Positions 40,254 through 54,845 of a stretch of DNA of 64,000 nucleotides are shown piece after piece. Below the pieces are notes generated by a model that worked only from the letters and a program-made list of their open reading frames with translations, was not told the origin of the DNA and did no database searches. The position numbers were made by a program, and so were the translations under genes. Source of the stretch: Lama glama (Eukaryota); NCBI GenBank assembly GCA_028534125.1, contig CM052834.1, forward strand, positions 620,001 to 684,000. The letters are read 5' to 3'. The number at the start of each line of letters is the position of its first letter. Within the stretch, counting starts at the first letter, position 1.

Positions 40254-43200
40254 CTGGAGAGGGGCAGGGAGGTGGTGTGAGATTCAGGCCCCCAGCCCGG
40301 AGCGCACCGCACTGGCCGCCTCTCTCCCCTAAGCCTGCATCACAGGCTCCCTGCGCAGCCTGTGGTGGGCAGACGAGCCTTCACCAGGGTCGCCCGCTCA
40401 CCGCTCGGCTGTGTGGACGTGGGGTGTCCCTGCTCCGCCGGGACCTTGGCCCTCTCGTCTGGGACCAGCCCCCAGCCTCGTCGGGGTCTGGCCTAGAGCT
40501 GAAGGGAGGCATCTGCATTTCACAAGAACAGTCTCCCTCGAGGGAGCGCTGCGCTTGTCAGGAGCGTCACAGTGTGGCCGCGGCGTCAGCACGAGGGACC
40601 GTGGCCATGTGTGAAGGCACCTCTCAGGCCTTCTCCCTGACTCTCTAAAGAGCTCTGCAAAGCTGGGGTTGTCCTGACTTTCAGGCGGACACGGAGGGCC
40701 CTGAGGGTCGGGCACCTGGACAGGCCCCAGCCTGGGGCCGAGCCCAGGGGGGCTCCCAGCCCGGCCCGCACCCTCCTCCAGCTGCTCTGGGTTAGAGGCT
40801 TCCCTGGGTGATTGTCCAGCCTGGCCGTGCAGAGAATTTCCTGGGGAAACGTTAGAAAAATAACAAAACGCCCACCAGTACTCAGGCCCCGGCCCAAACC
40901 AGTTAAATCTGACTGTCTGGGGGTCGGGCCACGCCGAAAACCCGGGAAATGCCCTCGGTGCTCAGTCACGTCCCCCCGTGGCTTTCCAGTGTCCCTGAGG
41001 GCGCCCAGCGTTAAGCTGGATGGTCCCAAGGAGCACCTGTACTCTACAACTCTGCGACGGAGGGGTCTGTGGCTTGTCCTCTGACCAACATGGTGCAAGG
41101 GGGGAAGGACGGGGGAATGAGAGGGTGCCGGGGAGACGCCAGGGCCCCGCCGGGCACTCAGGAGGGGACCTGGTTCTAGAAAGCCAAACCACCAACAGAA
41201 ACAGCCGCTTTGTCAGCGTCCAGGCGGGGACCGTACGGGGAACATTTGGTCAGCCGTCGGGGTGAAGGTGACGAAGGCACGGCTTTAGTGACAGAGAGAG
41301 GACACATATTGACCCCGATTTCGGAGGCAGAATCAGCAGGCCTTGACCCCGACCGCGAGTGCAGAGTGAGGGAGGAAGGCGTGGCGGGGCCGCCAAGGGT
41401 CTCGGCTGGGAGGGGCCCCCTTGACAGACAGGGGCGCAGACCAGAAAGGGGGGCGGTGCTGGGGCCGAGAGGGCGCCCTGCGCAGGGTGGGGGGCTTGGA
41501 CTGGGAGATGCCCTGAGGTCCTCGTAGTTTGGGCCTGTAGGGACCCCCACTGGGCTGCCAGGGGCAGAACCACGGCGTGGGGACAGGAGGTGGGAGGGGA
41601 GACGCCGGCACAGTCCTGCGTGCCTGCCTCCACGCGCGCACGCCGCTCCAGCTTCCGGGGCTGCAGACCCTGGCCTTGTGCGTCCTCCACCCGCCCCGAC
41701 GGCCTTCAGGAGGGCTTGGCTTTATTCCCTCCCTACGGCCCGTGGGAAATCAAGCTGCCACAACCTTGCTGACGCCTGTCCTGAGATGAGGAGCTGAGGA
41801 GCACATCCAGGTCCTCCCCAGAGCTGTGGGAGGGAAGAAGGGACCGGCGGGTCGACCTGACCCCCCGCCACTGGTGCAGCGGGCAGGCACCCCCAGAGAG
41901 CCCCGAACCCTGCAGGGGACCCTTGCTGCCACCTGGGGGAAATCCACTGCACGGGGAAGAAACGCCTGGGGGTCAGAAAATTACGGTTTCCAAACGCACC
42001 GTGGGGGCCCCGTCCTCCAGACACACCGCCGGGTGCGAGAGTGAGGACGGGGGTGGGGGAGCGGGACCAGGGCCGGGGGCCGTCCGTGTGGGCAGCCTCC
42101 GGAGGGGCTGGGCCTCGGGTCTGGGAACCTGCTCTCGCCAGGGCGACGGTGGTTAGTGATGACGTAGGGACATTTGGGAAGACTTTTTTCCCGCAGAAAA
42201 ATGAATTTTCAGGACAAACTTACATCGGGTCTTAAATAGCTTACATTGTAGTTGCAGAGAATGTGTTTTCACCAGAGACCATCCATCTCCTTTACAGAAA
42301 TCGCTGGTAACCGTGACTCAGCCCAAAGGGGCCAAGCCTGCCTTCTTCCGTGGTTTGGAGGCACTGACTCCAGCTCCGTTTGGGGCCCAGAGCCTGGTCC
42401 TGCTCTGCTTCCCCCGGGGGCACTGGGTGTGGGGCTCGGGGCTCAGGCCTGGCCGGGGGTCTGCAGGGCTGGGCCCCCGCAGGGCGGCTGTGGAAACCAG
42501 CCGCCCGGGGAGCCGCGTGCCCTGGGGTGGGTGTGGAGTAATTACTGCCCGGAGAAAGTATTCAGAGGTAACTACACACCTCCTGCCCTCACAACGCAGC
42601 CCCGCTTGAGCCGACTCCCCAGCAATGCTTCCTACCGCACGACGACTGTGACGGCTTCTCAGAACGTGTACGTTTACTTGTGTGTTTACGGGTGCACGGA
42701 GGAAACAGAAGTTCAATGATAAAGCAGGGAGGGAACTCTGCTTGATGTTCACGCTCCCTCCACACTCGCTGGGGACCCACTCACCCTGGAAACAGAGCTT
42801 CCCGGACGTGGCCCTGGGCGAGGAGGGAGGGCGGGACGTGTCCCCTGGGCTGCCTTGGGAGCGCCCCGCTCCCTCACCGCACGTGCACCTGGCCTCTTCC
42901 CCGCCCTGGGCCTGCTCCTGCCACCTGTCCACCAACACGACTGCCCCCGCCATCAGGACCTCCCCGCCCAGGTCCTTTAGGGCCTTGGGCTCAGCTGGAG
43001 GCCAGCTTCCCCAGGCTGCACTGTTCCAGCCGCCCCGGTCTCGGCACACTCACTGTCTGCATCACTGCCTTAGCTACACGTTCAAGAAATATGTATTAAG
43101 GGTCTACCAGGGGCCAGGTACCACTGAGTCTGTCTGTGTGACACTCACAAGGGTGATACGGACATTGGAGGGCGTTCCGGGGGGTGCTTAGCGCCAGCAG

Positions 43201-44200
43201 GCTTAGTGGAGGTGCCTCGGGGCGCAGGGCAGGGCGCCCAGCCAGCACGGCTCCCCGAGGAAGGGACATCCCGCTCCCTGTGTCAGCATCCCTGTTCCAG
43301 GGCTCTTGCCTCTCCACTCAGCTCACAAGGTCCTGAGGGAGAGGGGCTGTGTCCCGCCCTTTGTGAGGGACCCGTCACCCGCAGCACTCAGGGGGGCACA
43401 GGGCGGGCGAGCTGGGAGGGCACCAGAGACAGGCCCTACACACACCCACTCACTCCCGGCTGCAGACGAGGCTCAGGAGCCCCAGCCGGCCAGCGGCCAG
43501 GGATGGGGTCGGGAGAGGCGAGGGCGGTGCCTGAGAGAGCCTGCCTGGCCCCGGACCCCTGGCGCGCCGCTGGAACAGCGGACAGCACGGCAGGGCGGCC
43601 GCCGGGCTCCTCCGGCCGCTAGAGCAGCTGCCCGTCTCCCCTTTCACAAGGCTGAGAGTAAGCAACCGGAAAGCATCGCACTGACTTGCTTTATGCAAAA
43701 GTAGCTTAACAAATGGGGTGCTAGAGGCTGGGGCAACCTGGGTGTGTGCCCTACTGCGGGCAGGCCACCCAGCTGCAGACCCCCGTGGGCTCACGCCAAC
43801 TCCGTGGAGTCCAGGTCCGAAGCCCGACGCCTGTCTGACCAGTCCCTTCAAGCCGCGGAAGACGGCAGGACCGCTTGCTCGTGGCTGTTCAGAGCCTCTT
43901 CTGAGCCCCCGATGCCGCGAAATTCCTTGATGTCTCTAATTCCTCGAGACGGAGGCTTGGCTGACCAGGGGGACAGCCGCACGCTACGCCCGCTGGTGGC
44001 CCAAGTTTCCCTGACACCTCTCTTCTAATACTTCTTCAAAAGCCCTGTGACTTTGCAGCGCCCCGTCTGGCCAGCGGAACGGGCCAGTTTGAAGCTCAGA
44101 TTCTAGCATCTCAACTACTGTTTCAGCCTGTGTTTTCTCCAACTCCCACGTTAGATTATCTGTGGGAGTAAAACAGGTTCTTCACTGTCTGCGAGGTTAC

Positions 44201-44333
44201 TGTTTCTTCTTTTTGGCAGGGGAGGTGATTAGGTTTAGGTATCTATTCATTCTCAGAGGCGGCGCTGGGGACTGAACCCAGGACCTCGTGCGCGCCAAGC
44301 GTGCGCTCTGCCCCTGAGCTACGCCCTCCCCCC
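44201..44333 (-). mobile_element. tRNA-derived SINE, same Vic-1-like family
   Basis: Reverse complement aligns end to end with the 61673 copy. Confidence 0.85.
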
Positions 44334-44557
44334 TTACGAGGGGCTCCTGAGCTGCAAAATTCTCCCTCCCTTTCCCCGGTGTGAGTGGGCTCTCTCCTGT
44401 TCCATCATCAGACAGGCAGAGGGGTGAGAGTGCCCAGGGTCGACCTTGATCGTCTTGATGGCATTCCCAATCCATCCCGTCTTTGATTCTCCCTAAACAG
44501 ACACCGTCAGTGACCCACGGGGTGTGGACAAGGTGGCTGCCATCTGACCCTCTACCG

Positions 44558-44866
44558 GCACACTGTCCAGCGCGGGAGCCACCGGCCACACGGGGCTACG
44601 GAGCACCGGGATGCGGCCGGTCCAAGCTGAGACGTGCAGTCAGTGCAAAAAGCACGCTGCCTTGCAAAGACTCGGTCAAAACATGAGCGTAGACCACCCC
44701 GTTCATTTTCTAAATATTAACCATATACGTTAGAACGTTCAGACCCGTTGGGTTAAACAAGCTGTATTAAGATTAATTTCACCTGTTCCTTTGTACGCTT
44801 TGAACGTGGCTGCTAGAAAGTTTTAAGAAGAGTGCATGTGGCCAGTTTTGTTTCTACTCCACACCC
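44558..44866. mobile_element. MER33-like hAT-Charlie DNA element
   Basis: CTGTCCA...GCCAC; TTGGGTTAAA; ATTAATTTCACCTGTT; GTGGCTGCTAGAAA. Confidence 0.75.
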
Positions 44867-47043
44867 CAGACACACGGCTCCGCGGCCGTGCGTGGGCCAC
44901 GTGGCCCCGGACTGCTCGCAGCCCAGCATCCTCCTCTGGACACGGGTTTACTGACAGTGCCCGCCGAGCAGCACTAGCCTTTGGGGACGAGCACAGGGCC
45001 TGCCCTCCGCACTTCTGTGTCCGAGAAGGAGCCGCAGCGGAGGGCGCCCTTCCCAGAGGCCGATCTGGTACCCGCGGGCGGGGCGCAGCAGAGTCCCGGG
45101 CCTGGGGGACCCCCGCCCCCTCCTCTTCACGAGCACAGTTTACAGCCTAGACACCCCGGTCTCCCGGGCCATCCCGCACTGCAGACGCCGCACGAGCCCG
45201 GGGCGGCTCCCCTGCCCTCCGAGCGCCGGCTCACTCGCTCACGCGCCCGCACGTTCCTTCACGCCGCACTCACGGTCGCGGGACGAGGAGGATGCTTTGG
45301 GGGCGTTCTCAAGGTAGTTCTACCCCCCTTGACTCTCTCACTGGGTGGGGGTGGGGGCTCTGGAACTGTCCGCGGCGCGACGTGCTTTCTCGGCTTTGGC
45401 TGTAAGGCGGAAACTTCGTCTGAGGCCGTGTTTGGCCTGCTGTCTCCCCGGGGCAGGACAATCGTCCAGTCCTCCGTTCACTGAGTATTTATTAGGCCCC
45501 TACTGGGTACACGCCACTTCTCCAGACGCTGGAGAGAGGGCAGCGAGAGGGACGGCTGTTTCTCGGGCCCTCCCCCCGTAACGACAGCTGGGCCGGGGAG
45601 ACTCCCCCCAGGCTTTCTCGGCTGGAGAGGAAGGGAGAGGAAGAGGAAGGGGAACCCGCATCTTCCAGTCCCAGCGGAACACAGGGGCAGAGGTGACAGC
45701 AGGAGATGAGAAAGACAGACAACAGTGTCCTCATTTACTCCCAGGCCGGGCACCAAGCTTCGGAAATGCGTGGACAGCGGGGGTGGGGGTGCTGCCTCTC
45801 CTGGGAGTAGCACGGGGTCTACGACCCTGGGGGCCCCAGCCTTCGGCCGAGAGCTTACTCAGGCTGGTGCGGAAGTGATGGGTGGCAGGGGGCAGGCGGG
45901 ATCCTGGGTCCCTGGGCCCATCCGTGGAGGACTGGGTGTCCGTGCCCTCAGAGAGCCGGGGGCCAGGGACCAGAGGCGAGCATTTCAAGATCAGAGGCAA
46001 ACAGAGGGGCCCAGGACTGTGCTGGCAGGGCCCTGACCGGATGGCCCCTCTCAGGCCCCCGATCAGAGGTGTGAGCAGAGGACGCGGGGACCCCAGGGCC
46101 GGTCCTCACTGAGCTCTGTGTACTTTCAGGGTCTTGAAGTCCCAGCCCTGCACCCCCGCCCTGGAGAGGATCAGCTGGACTAAAATCAGTGTTATTTATG
46201 CTCCTGCTGTGCAGGAGGTGAGGCCGGGGAAGCAAGATCAGCCATGAAGCAGAAACAGCCACCACTCCTGGGCACACGCGGGCTCTGTGGGCGTCCGTTC
46301 ACAGCCCACTCCGCACTCATCCGTCCCACGCACGCGGGCGGCCAGCCTGCCCCTGGCCGGGCATTGAGCTGGGCTCCCTGCAAGCTGTCCCTCAAGGCAC
46401 ACAGGGACGCCCGGCGAGGACAGCGACAGAGGTACAAGCCAGGCGGGGACGGAGGGGCACTGGCGGAAGGTGCTGAGACGCGGTAACATCTCAGGTCCTC
46501 GACAGGAGCTTGAGTTCTCCAGAGGGAGGCGTGGGGACCCAGGGACAGAGGCAGAGAAGGGCCCCATGCAATGCCTCGAAGTGCGAGAGACCAGGGCACG
46601 ACCCGGGGCTGCGGGGAGTCCGTGTGGTTGGAACCACGGGACGTGTGGGCGGCGGGGCTGGCAGGGCAGACGGGGCGGGAGAGCTGGGTCCCCAGAAGGT
46701 TCCGGAGCAGCAGTGTCAGACCCCACGTGCCCCCACCTCACATGCTCCACAAATGTGGAGTGGCCGAGAGCAGCCAGTGACCACACTGGACGTCACCTTG
46801 TAAGGGAGGGACACACACGACGTTCCACAGCCTCCGAGGCCCGGGGCTGCTCACGTCCTGATGCTCAGACTCAACAATTAGCCTGGTCTGATCCCTGAGC
46901 CGCCTTCTGACAGCCGTGAGGAACAGAAGCAGCGCCTCCAAAGGACCCCTCGCTCAGCCCCCCGCCAGGTCAATACCCTGAGCCCTGGGCTGGACGTGGA
47001 GCCGGTGGCTGCAGGAAGGGAGGGCGGCGTGCATCTCACTCAC

Positions 47044-47070
47044 CTGAACTTGGACTTGGAGATCCGGTGG
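47044..47070 (-). CDS. CACNA1C: CACNA1C exon 11 (27-nt microexon, I-II linker)
   Basis: U-rich tract TCCTTTTTCCCTTTCAG|C CAC CGG...TTC AG|GTGAGT; HRISKSKFS. Confidence 0.96.
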
Positions 47071-50000
47071 CTGAAAGGGAAAAAGGACATGTCACCAAAC
47101 AATACACATCTCCCTCTGTGTCTCAGACGCTCCCGGGGCGCCACGTGGGGGCTGGGTGGACGGGGCGTGACCTGCACTTTGGAGAGAGAACCCCGCTCGT
47201 CGGCACCTCCCAGCGTGTTTGTGTGTGGACGTGGGGACGAGGCCGGCCCAGCCGACAAGCCTTCAGACCTAGCATGTTCTATGTGGAGACCTGGTCCCTG
47301 GAGAGGGGTGCCGCGTCCTCGGACCATCAGTGACGGCTGGGCAGTGTGTCAAGGGCAGTTCCCCAAGCACAGGAAGGCCCCCCTGCAGCTGCGGGGCCTC
47401 GCCAGCTGGAAACGTGGGCAGGACCACCTGGCAGAGACCCCAGCACTGTCTGGACAGGAGCCCGGCCAGCGCCAGCATAAGCTGGGGAGGGGCTGGAGCC
47501 ACCGCGGCCCGGGCCAGCACACACCCCGGGCGCTGGCAGGCACGCGCGGCCCTGGGAACCTGGGACTTGTGGGCAGAAGCACCGGCAGGTGTGCTGGTGG
47601 CTGGCTCAGGGTCCTGGTGGGGGCCCACTGAAAGGTGGACCCTCCGAGGAGGCCCCGAGGCCTGGGAGGCTGGGTGGGGGTGGGCTGGGAGCAGCGCGTG
47701 CAGGGCGCGTGTCAGGAGGGCCCTGGTGTCTAGGGAGGGAGCGCCGGCCGGCTGTGGGGTGGCGGGGCCTGGATGGGAGCCCCAGGCGCCAGGCAGCGAT
47801 GAAGAGGGGACAGAGACGGGCTGTCCCAGCTCAGCACAGTCGGCTCTGCTGCAACGCGAGGAACCACCCCTCCCTGTTTTTTATTAAAAGAAATTGAACC
47901 AGAAGGTGTGACAGGTGGCAGAGCCGTCGTGCATGAGATGATTGTGTCTCTGGGGCACGGAGAATGTCCCTGCTCTGAACCGCCAGCTAATAACCTTTCC
48001 CACCCAAAGACGCCCGCGAGGGCCGCAGGGTTTACTTTAACGCTAACGTGGCGTGTGGGGGGAGACCTGGGCCACGGGCAGCGTTTTTACTCGGAGCCAC
48101 AGTTTCACGGGAAACAAACGTGCTCCAGCTGCTCCTGGGTGGTGCAGGCGGGGGCTCCCTCCTCCAGCCGGGCCAGGCTGAGCGGGGCCAGCGGGGCTGC
48201 CCCCTGCTCGCTGGGCAGCAGATTCTCCTCGCTGAGGGACACAGCCGCAGTGGACAGTGTGGCCTTCAGCCCGGCGGCTCCGATACAGGGCTGGCCCGGC
48301 CCCCGCCTTCTCCCAGAGATTCTCAGCGGTCCTCTCTGGGGCCTTCGATGCAGACCCCTCCCGCGAGGCTCCCTCTTAGATCAAGTGGGTCGTGAGCAAA
48401 AGCGGGTTCTTCAAAAGTCCTGTGTGGGGCCTCCGAGGTCTGAGTGTCCTCATCTGAAACGCGGGCACGGGTGGACCAGGGCTCCTGTTTGGAATGAGGT
48501 CCCAGCTGGGCAAGGCCACTGGCTACGGGTCCTCCCTGGGCGCTCTGGGATGCTCTGAACAGGAGGGAATGGAGCGAGCCTGCCCCGTCCACGGTGCGTG
48601 CCCCAGCACGCTGCCCGGGCGCCACACTGGGGCCTGAGCTTCGCCATGGTAGCTCATCTCAGCCTGGCAGTGCACTTCACCCTTGCTGGGCCGGAAGCAC
48701 CCACTGCCTTTAAGCACCGTGTTACTGATGCCGTCACGTAGGAAGGGGCGCTGCTCGCCGGGCCTGTGTCTGGAGCCAGACGACCCAGCCCTTGGAGACC
48801 GAGGTCGGAGTCTCCGCCTGGGGCCTGGCACTCCCTGTGCAGGAGGGGTCAGCACAGGGCCCACCTGGTGGAGACGGGGGACCCGGTCTCCACAGCCTTC
48901 ACCTCCCACGACGTGAGTCCGGCTCAGGGTCTGGAGAGCTGGTTGCCCCACGGGGTGGCCTCGAGAGAGGGAGCATGTGGCACCGTAGCTGCACCCTCAC
49001 CCTGCGCCTCGGCCGCGGGGCTGGTGCTTCCTCCTGGTCTGAGACCCCTCGGAGTCCTCGCTCCCCACTTGCTCCCCGCGTTGCACAGGAGTTCTCGACG
49101 CACACGGAGGTGGAGAAAGCGGGTAACTCGCAGAAGACCATGCGCACAGCCCCGCGCTGGGCCCTGGCGTACGTTCAACTGCAGGTGCTCTCGGCCTCCG
49201 AGACGAACCTTCCAGAAGCCATGCCACCCGCCTTCCCGAGCGTGGCCGCCAGGGACGCACATCCAGCGTCTCACGCGCTGGTCTGTGTGCTTCCAAAAGG
49301 GGAGAAGACTTGGAAAAAGCTCAAGCTGCTGCTTAAGAATGTAATTAGCACCGTATTTTAACAGCACTTTGACAATAATTGCTTCCCAGCCGTGCAGACT
49401 CCCGGTGTCGGCTGAGTGACGGCGGCCGTGTGCTGGGAACGCGGCCTGCTCCCTCCCGTCTCCTCCGCTCCTGCTTAGACAGCCTGCAGCTGACCTCGCC
49501 GAGAGGGCTGGGTTCGCCCAGAAGTGGGGTTGTTTCAGGGGGAAGAGGCGAACTCGGCTCTCCTTCCACGGATGGAGCCATTCGGACTCAGCTTGCTCGG
49601 GGCTGGCTCCACGCACAGCCCTCTGGGGACCAGGTGAGCGGCCCCCACCTCCCGCAGAGGGGCCTGAACGCTGCAGGGGCCTCGGGCTCAAGGTCAGCGG
49701 GACCCCCACCTGCACGCCTTGTCTGCGGCCTCTGCCTTCTGAGACACCAGGAATGAGACCAGCGGTCACATCCTTTCCCTTCGCTTCCTGGTGGGGGGGC
49801 AGTCCCTTGGGACGGCACCGTCCACCTTTAAGACCAAGACGGGTGACTGATGCGTCCTGTGAGCTGTTCCTCGCACCCCGAGCCCAGTCCTGGGCTCAGG
49901 GCAGCCCAGGCAGACGGGGCCGGGCTTCCCGCCAGGGAGGGGACGTGTGGGAGGAGGCGGCGCACCCCAGGCCGCGCAGGAGGGGCTTATCAGTTCGGGT

Positions 50001-50390
50001 CTGCACTCCAGACGCCTGTGCCTCCCTTCAGCGGCTGGACCACCCAGAGCTGCGGGGGAGGCCCCTTTACCGTCTCCCAGTTAGCTTCTTGCCTGTCGGC
50101 GTGTCTTCCAGGTACGTTTATCAGAATGGGAAGCACCTGGGAACCCTGACAAAGCTGCCTCTGGTGAGAGGGGGCAAGGGCTGGGGAGAAAGGGCCCTTA
50201 GAGCCCCACGCCCACCTCACCCTCCTGGACGCTCTGTTTCTCTGATGGCCCCGGGAGTGCAGGACAACAGAGCCGCCCCCAGCCCAGGGCCACCCCAACC
50301 CCGGCGCCCTCCCCGCACAGGCACCGGTCGGTGGGCTGCGGGCTCTGACCCCTGCCCGCCCCAGCAAGGGCCCGGCCCCGGTCCTACTCA

Positions 50391-50693
<303 letters not shown>

Positions 50694-53600
50694 TCAGGGG
50701 GACTGTGGGGGGACACTAGGTGGTACGATCGTTCACTCAGGGGAGACCCTGGGCACCACTGACCCCCACCCTGCCCTCGATGCCGCATCCTCGCAGAAGC
50801 TGTGCACGCCCTTCCATTTGTGCCCACTCCTCGCCATAAAAACGAGGTTTCATGAAAACATTTTAGTTTTCTTATTTCTTTCCACCCACCAGTCCTCAGG
50901 GGCATCCTCCCCACCCTTAGGGTCCAGCCTGTCTGCAGAAAGGGCGCTCTGCCACGGGTGTGAACTACGAGGTGGACCGGGAGGACCGGCCCTGGTCCTG
51001 ACTCCCGAGTCCCACACGCCGGGTCCGGGGTCAGCTACCTCCTGAAGGGAGCATCACGTCCAGGACGCGAGCCGGCTCCGCAGACACAGGGCAGAGGCGC
51101 AGACGTGGGGGAGACGCCAAACTTCGTTCAAGTGTGGCCTGAAGACAGCCGGCAAGAGCGCCCCGTCCGCGTCCCGGGGGGACCTCAAGGGGCCGACGCG
51201 GGACCCAACCCCCACCCGAGCCCCGACAGCGGCCGCCCCGCAGGCCCAGGCCCCCCAGGGCGCAGGGCTGAGCTCCCAGAGCGGCAGCCGTTTTCTCACT
51301 TGGAACCCAGTTTGGTGGCTCAGAAAAAGCCACTTCTTTCACGATTATTTTTACTCCAAATAAAAGTTTAGCCCCAAAGAACCCTCCCTCTTCCTTTCAC
51401 CTCTATGACCCTTACTCAATACGACGCAACCTCCTTATTTCCCAGCCTTGTTCCTTAGAACGGCCGTCGCAGCCTCGGTCCTGGGTCAGCTCTGCTTGAA
51501 GCAAGGTCAGGGGCCCTCAGCCCTCAGAACCTGCAACTAGCGAGGTGTGGCGTCTAGGGACGTGGCACCAGGGACAAGCCCCCCGGGGCCGCCGCTGTCC
51601 GGAAGGGGCTGGTTATGTGGGTAACAGCCGTAGGCACCGCGTTGCCGGACGTGGGTTTTCCCCGGCTTTTTCCCGATTGGATGCCGTCAGGACAGGCAGG
51701 TGGGGTGCCCCGCTCAGAGGCGAGGGGACACGGGAAAGCCCACGACCTAGCACACGTCTGACTCGTGTGTCCACATGACTCCCTCCCACGAAGTCGGGCA
51801 AAAGCAACTCCAGACGAAGCTTCATGCGCCCAGCCCCACCCGGCCCCCTCTGGTCACAGGAGAGGGAAGTGAGGTCCAGGTGCCCGGGCGACACAGGGAC
51901 TCGGGGCTGGGGCTGGAGCGCAAGGGTCACGACCGCTCCCCGGGCCTGGGACCCAGAGGTCGCCTTGGAGTCCTCTTGGAGACTGGGAGTCCAGGTCGGC
52001 CCCGGGTGGGATTACTGAGGCTGGACCCCATTCTGGGGGAGGCGGCCAGCCTGCCTCCCCCACAGGCCACTCAGATGATGGATGGCTTGGAAACTGAGGC
52101 GGAAACAGGGCAGAGGACCCGGGGCCCGAGGGCACCTTTCCGCTAAAGACAACCCCTCCTGCCCCGAGGAGCTGCTCCCCTGCAGGCGGGACCGCGAGTG
52201 CAGAGCGTGTGCAGAGCGACGTGGTCCGTCCTGGAAGGATGCTGAGAGGAGGCTGGCTGTCTGACTTTCCACCTTCGCCACCAGGTGTCGGGGCTCAAAC
52301 GTGGGTCTTTGGGCTGCCCTGCCCCAGGCTTCCGCTGAGCAGATTCCAAAAGAAAATGAGATTTCTGTGAAAGAGTAATTAATAGCTGGAAACATAATTG
52401 CATCTTTAGAAATGTCACCGTTGGCTGTGACGAGCAACATTGACTCTATCTTGCCGAGAACGATCACCGCCTCGGATTAACGTCTTCTCTCCCCAGACCG
52501 TCTACTCTGGTGGCGATGCGCTTGCTCGGGGCCTAGTAGGACTGGACTTCTGTGTCTCCAGGGAGGTGCGTGGCGGTCACGTCGCAGGAGCCGATGCCGT
52601 CCCTGCTTGGCTTTGAGAGCAGTCGTGTGGGGCCTGGGTGGCTGGAGGAACCACTTCCACCACGAGATAATCAAACTGGAAATCGCATGAACCACGCTGC
52701 GGGGTGCAGAGGGTCCGAGCGGTCATGGAGCCTGGCGACCCCAGAGCATCAGGGCTGGCAAGCCCTCTGAGGGTTTGCTCCACACCTGGGGACCCTCTGT
52801 CACTGAAGGTACGGCCCTGCCCTCTGCCTCAGACCTTTCTGTGCGTCCTGGGTGAGTGGGCATGTGAGGGAGTGAGGGACGAAACTGGGGGAGGTGGACG
52901 GGCCTGCCAGGTGGGACGGCTTCACACTCATCCTGGGCGGGGCTCTGTGGGCCCCCCGAGGCCGTCAGCAGGAACGGCCAGCCTCTCCGGAGGTTGCTGA
53001 GAGCTGAGCTGGCAGCCTCGTGAGCGGGTCGGAGGGCCCAGCAGTGAGGTCAGTCTCTCACCTCCTCTTGTCGGAGGGGGCTGGGGCATCAGGCCGGACC
53101 TCCCGGGCAGCTGCGGGCCATTTCTCCCCCAGCCCGACTCCCCTGGGGCCCAGCGGGTGGTCCTGGGTCGGCCCCGTGGCGGGACCCCGCTGTCCTTGCC
53201 TCTGCCGGCTCTTGGATGGACCTGGAGACGTTATGCTGCCGTTAACTCGGCCGGACGCCCGCTGTGTCACCGTTTTCGCGTGAGTGGTGTAGTTTGAGGT
53301 CCCCTCCTGTAAGTACTAATCAGGACCGTTCACAGGCAAAGGGCTCGCCGACTCTAACCCGGGGTCCCCACGCCCGCAGCCGGCTCCGCTCCACCTCTGA
53401 CGGCTGCATGCGCGCCCTCAGGATTCATCAAGAGACAACAAACCAGCATGGGTAAAAAGACAGGCCCGGCTGATCGAAAACCATCGGAAGGTAAATATAA
53501 AACAGGATTGAATATTAAGAAGCCCAACAAAGCGGCCTCATTAAAAAGGCCCAGCAGATCTCAACGCGTCGGGGACATAACCATCACCGCTGTAACCCGG

Positions 53601-54329
53601 GCGGGGGGGGGGCGCCTGCCCCGGTGCAGACGCAGCTCCAAGACGAAGCCCAGATGCCGTGCTCCAGCAGCCGTGAGCACCCCACGCCCGAGCAGAGCTC
53701 TCTCCATTGTGACGGCACCACCGCACTGGGCCACCTCGGGGACGCCGGGGGTGCGGGCGCGGGGGAGTCCGGGCCGGTGCACCGGACGAAGGTCTGCACT
53801 CGGGCACACGTCAGTCCCCCGCCCTCTCCCACCCGCCCCACCGTCCTGAGGGTGACGGGGCAGCACGGGGTGGGACCATGGTCACAGAGGAGGGGCTGGA
53901 CACCCTGAGGGAAACCGCTCACTGCGACCTCAGGGTGACGGTGGCCATCCTGGGCAGGATTCCTTTGGAAACCCAGTCGTTTCAGGCATGATGCTACTTT
54001 AGGTTGGGGACACGTTAGTCTAGATCCCAAGGCCAGGTTTAGCAGAGGCTCAGCCGTGCGGTGTGGCACAAGAGGGACAGAGAATGGCTTGTCCCCAGTG
54101 CCTCCGACCCAGGCCCGCCATGTCTCCTGGTCACCCCCTCCTCTCAGGGCTTGGCTCCCCGCCAGACTGCGAATCCTCCCGGGACGCGGAAGGCAGTCGT
54201 GTCTATGTGCACAGCGACGGCCACGGCTCGGCTTCCCACCCCTCGCCACAGGCCAGCTACTCGTCCACGCAGCTCGCTCGTGTGATCTGACTGAAGCCTC
54301 CAAACCACCCCACGAGAGATGATATGTCC

Positions 54330-54845
54330 CCGTTATGTTTCCAGTTTACAGATCAGGAAACTGAGGCTTAGAGAACGAAGCTGCTTACCAAAAACGAGCA
54401 GCTAACACGAGGTGGGATGTGAACCCGCGCAGGTGTCATGCTGGGTCTACCCTCGTGTGAATCGGATGAACCCATGAAGTCCTTTCCTGATCAGGAGAGA
54501 GGCCAGGCTCCTGCGGACGTGCTGGGATCCCAGAGAGGAGTGGAGGGCAGACAGTGCAGGTGGGGTCCTGGGAGAGGCCACGGATTTTAGCACCCTGCCC
54601 GGGGGACGTGGAGCAGGGGACCAGAAGCCTGGGCTCTGGAGCCAGGTGGCCTGAGTGTGCGTCCCGACTCTGCTGCTTTGGAGCTATGTGACCTGGGAGG
54701 TGTGACCCTTCCTCTGTGGCTCAGTTTCCCCCACATTGCAGGGCTAAAAGGGATGGGCCAGATCTTTCTTTTACAGTGGAGAACATATGGCCCAGAGAGG
54801 GTCAGTGACTTGCTCAGGGTCACACAGCTAGTCAGCGGTGGAGGT
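54330..54845. mobile_element. Cluster of three MIRs (about 54330-54426 minus, 54610-54745 plus, 54765-54845 minus)
   Basis: TTTACAGATCAGGAAACTGAGGCTTAGAGA; TGTGACCTGGG...CTCAGTTTCCCC; TTTTACAG...GACTTGCTCAGGGTCACACAGCTAG. Confidence 0.8.
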
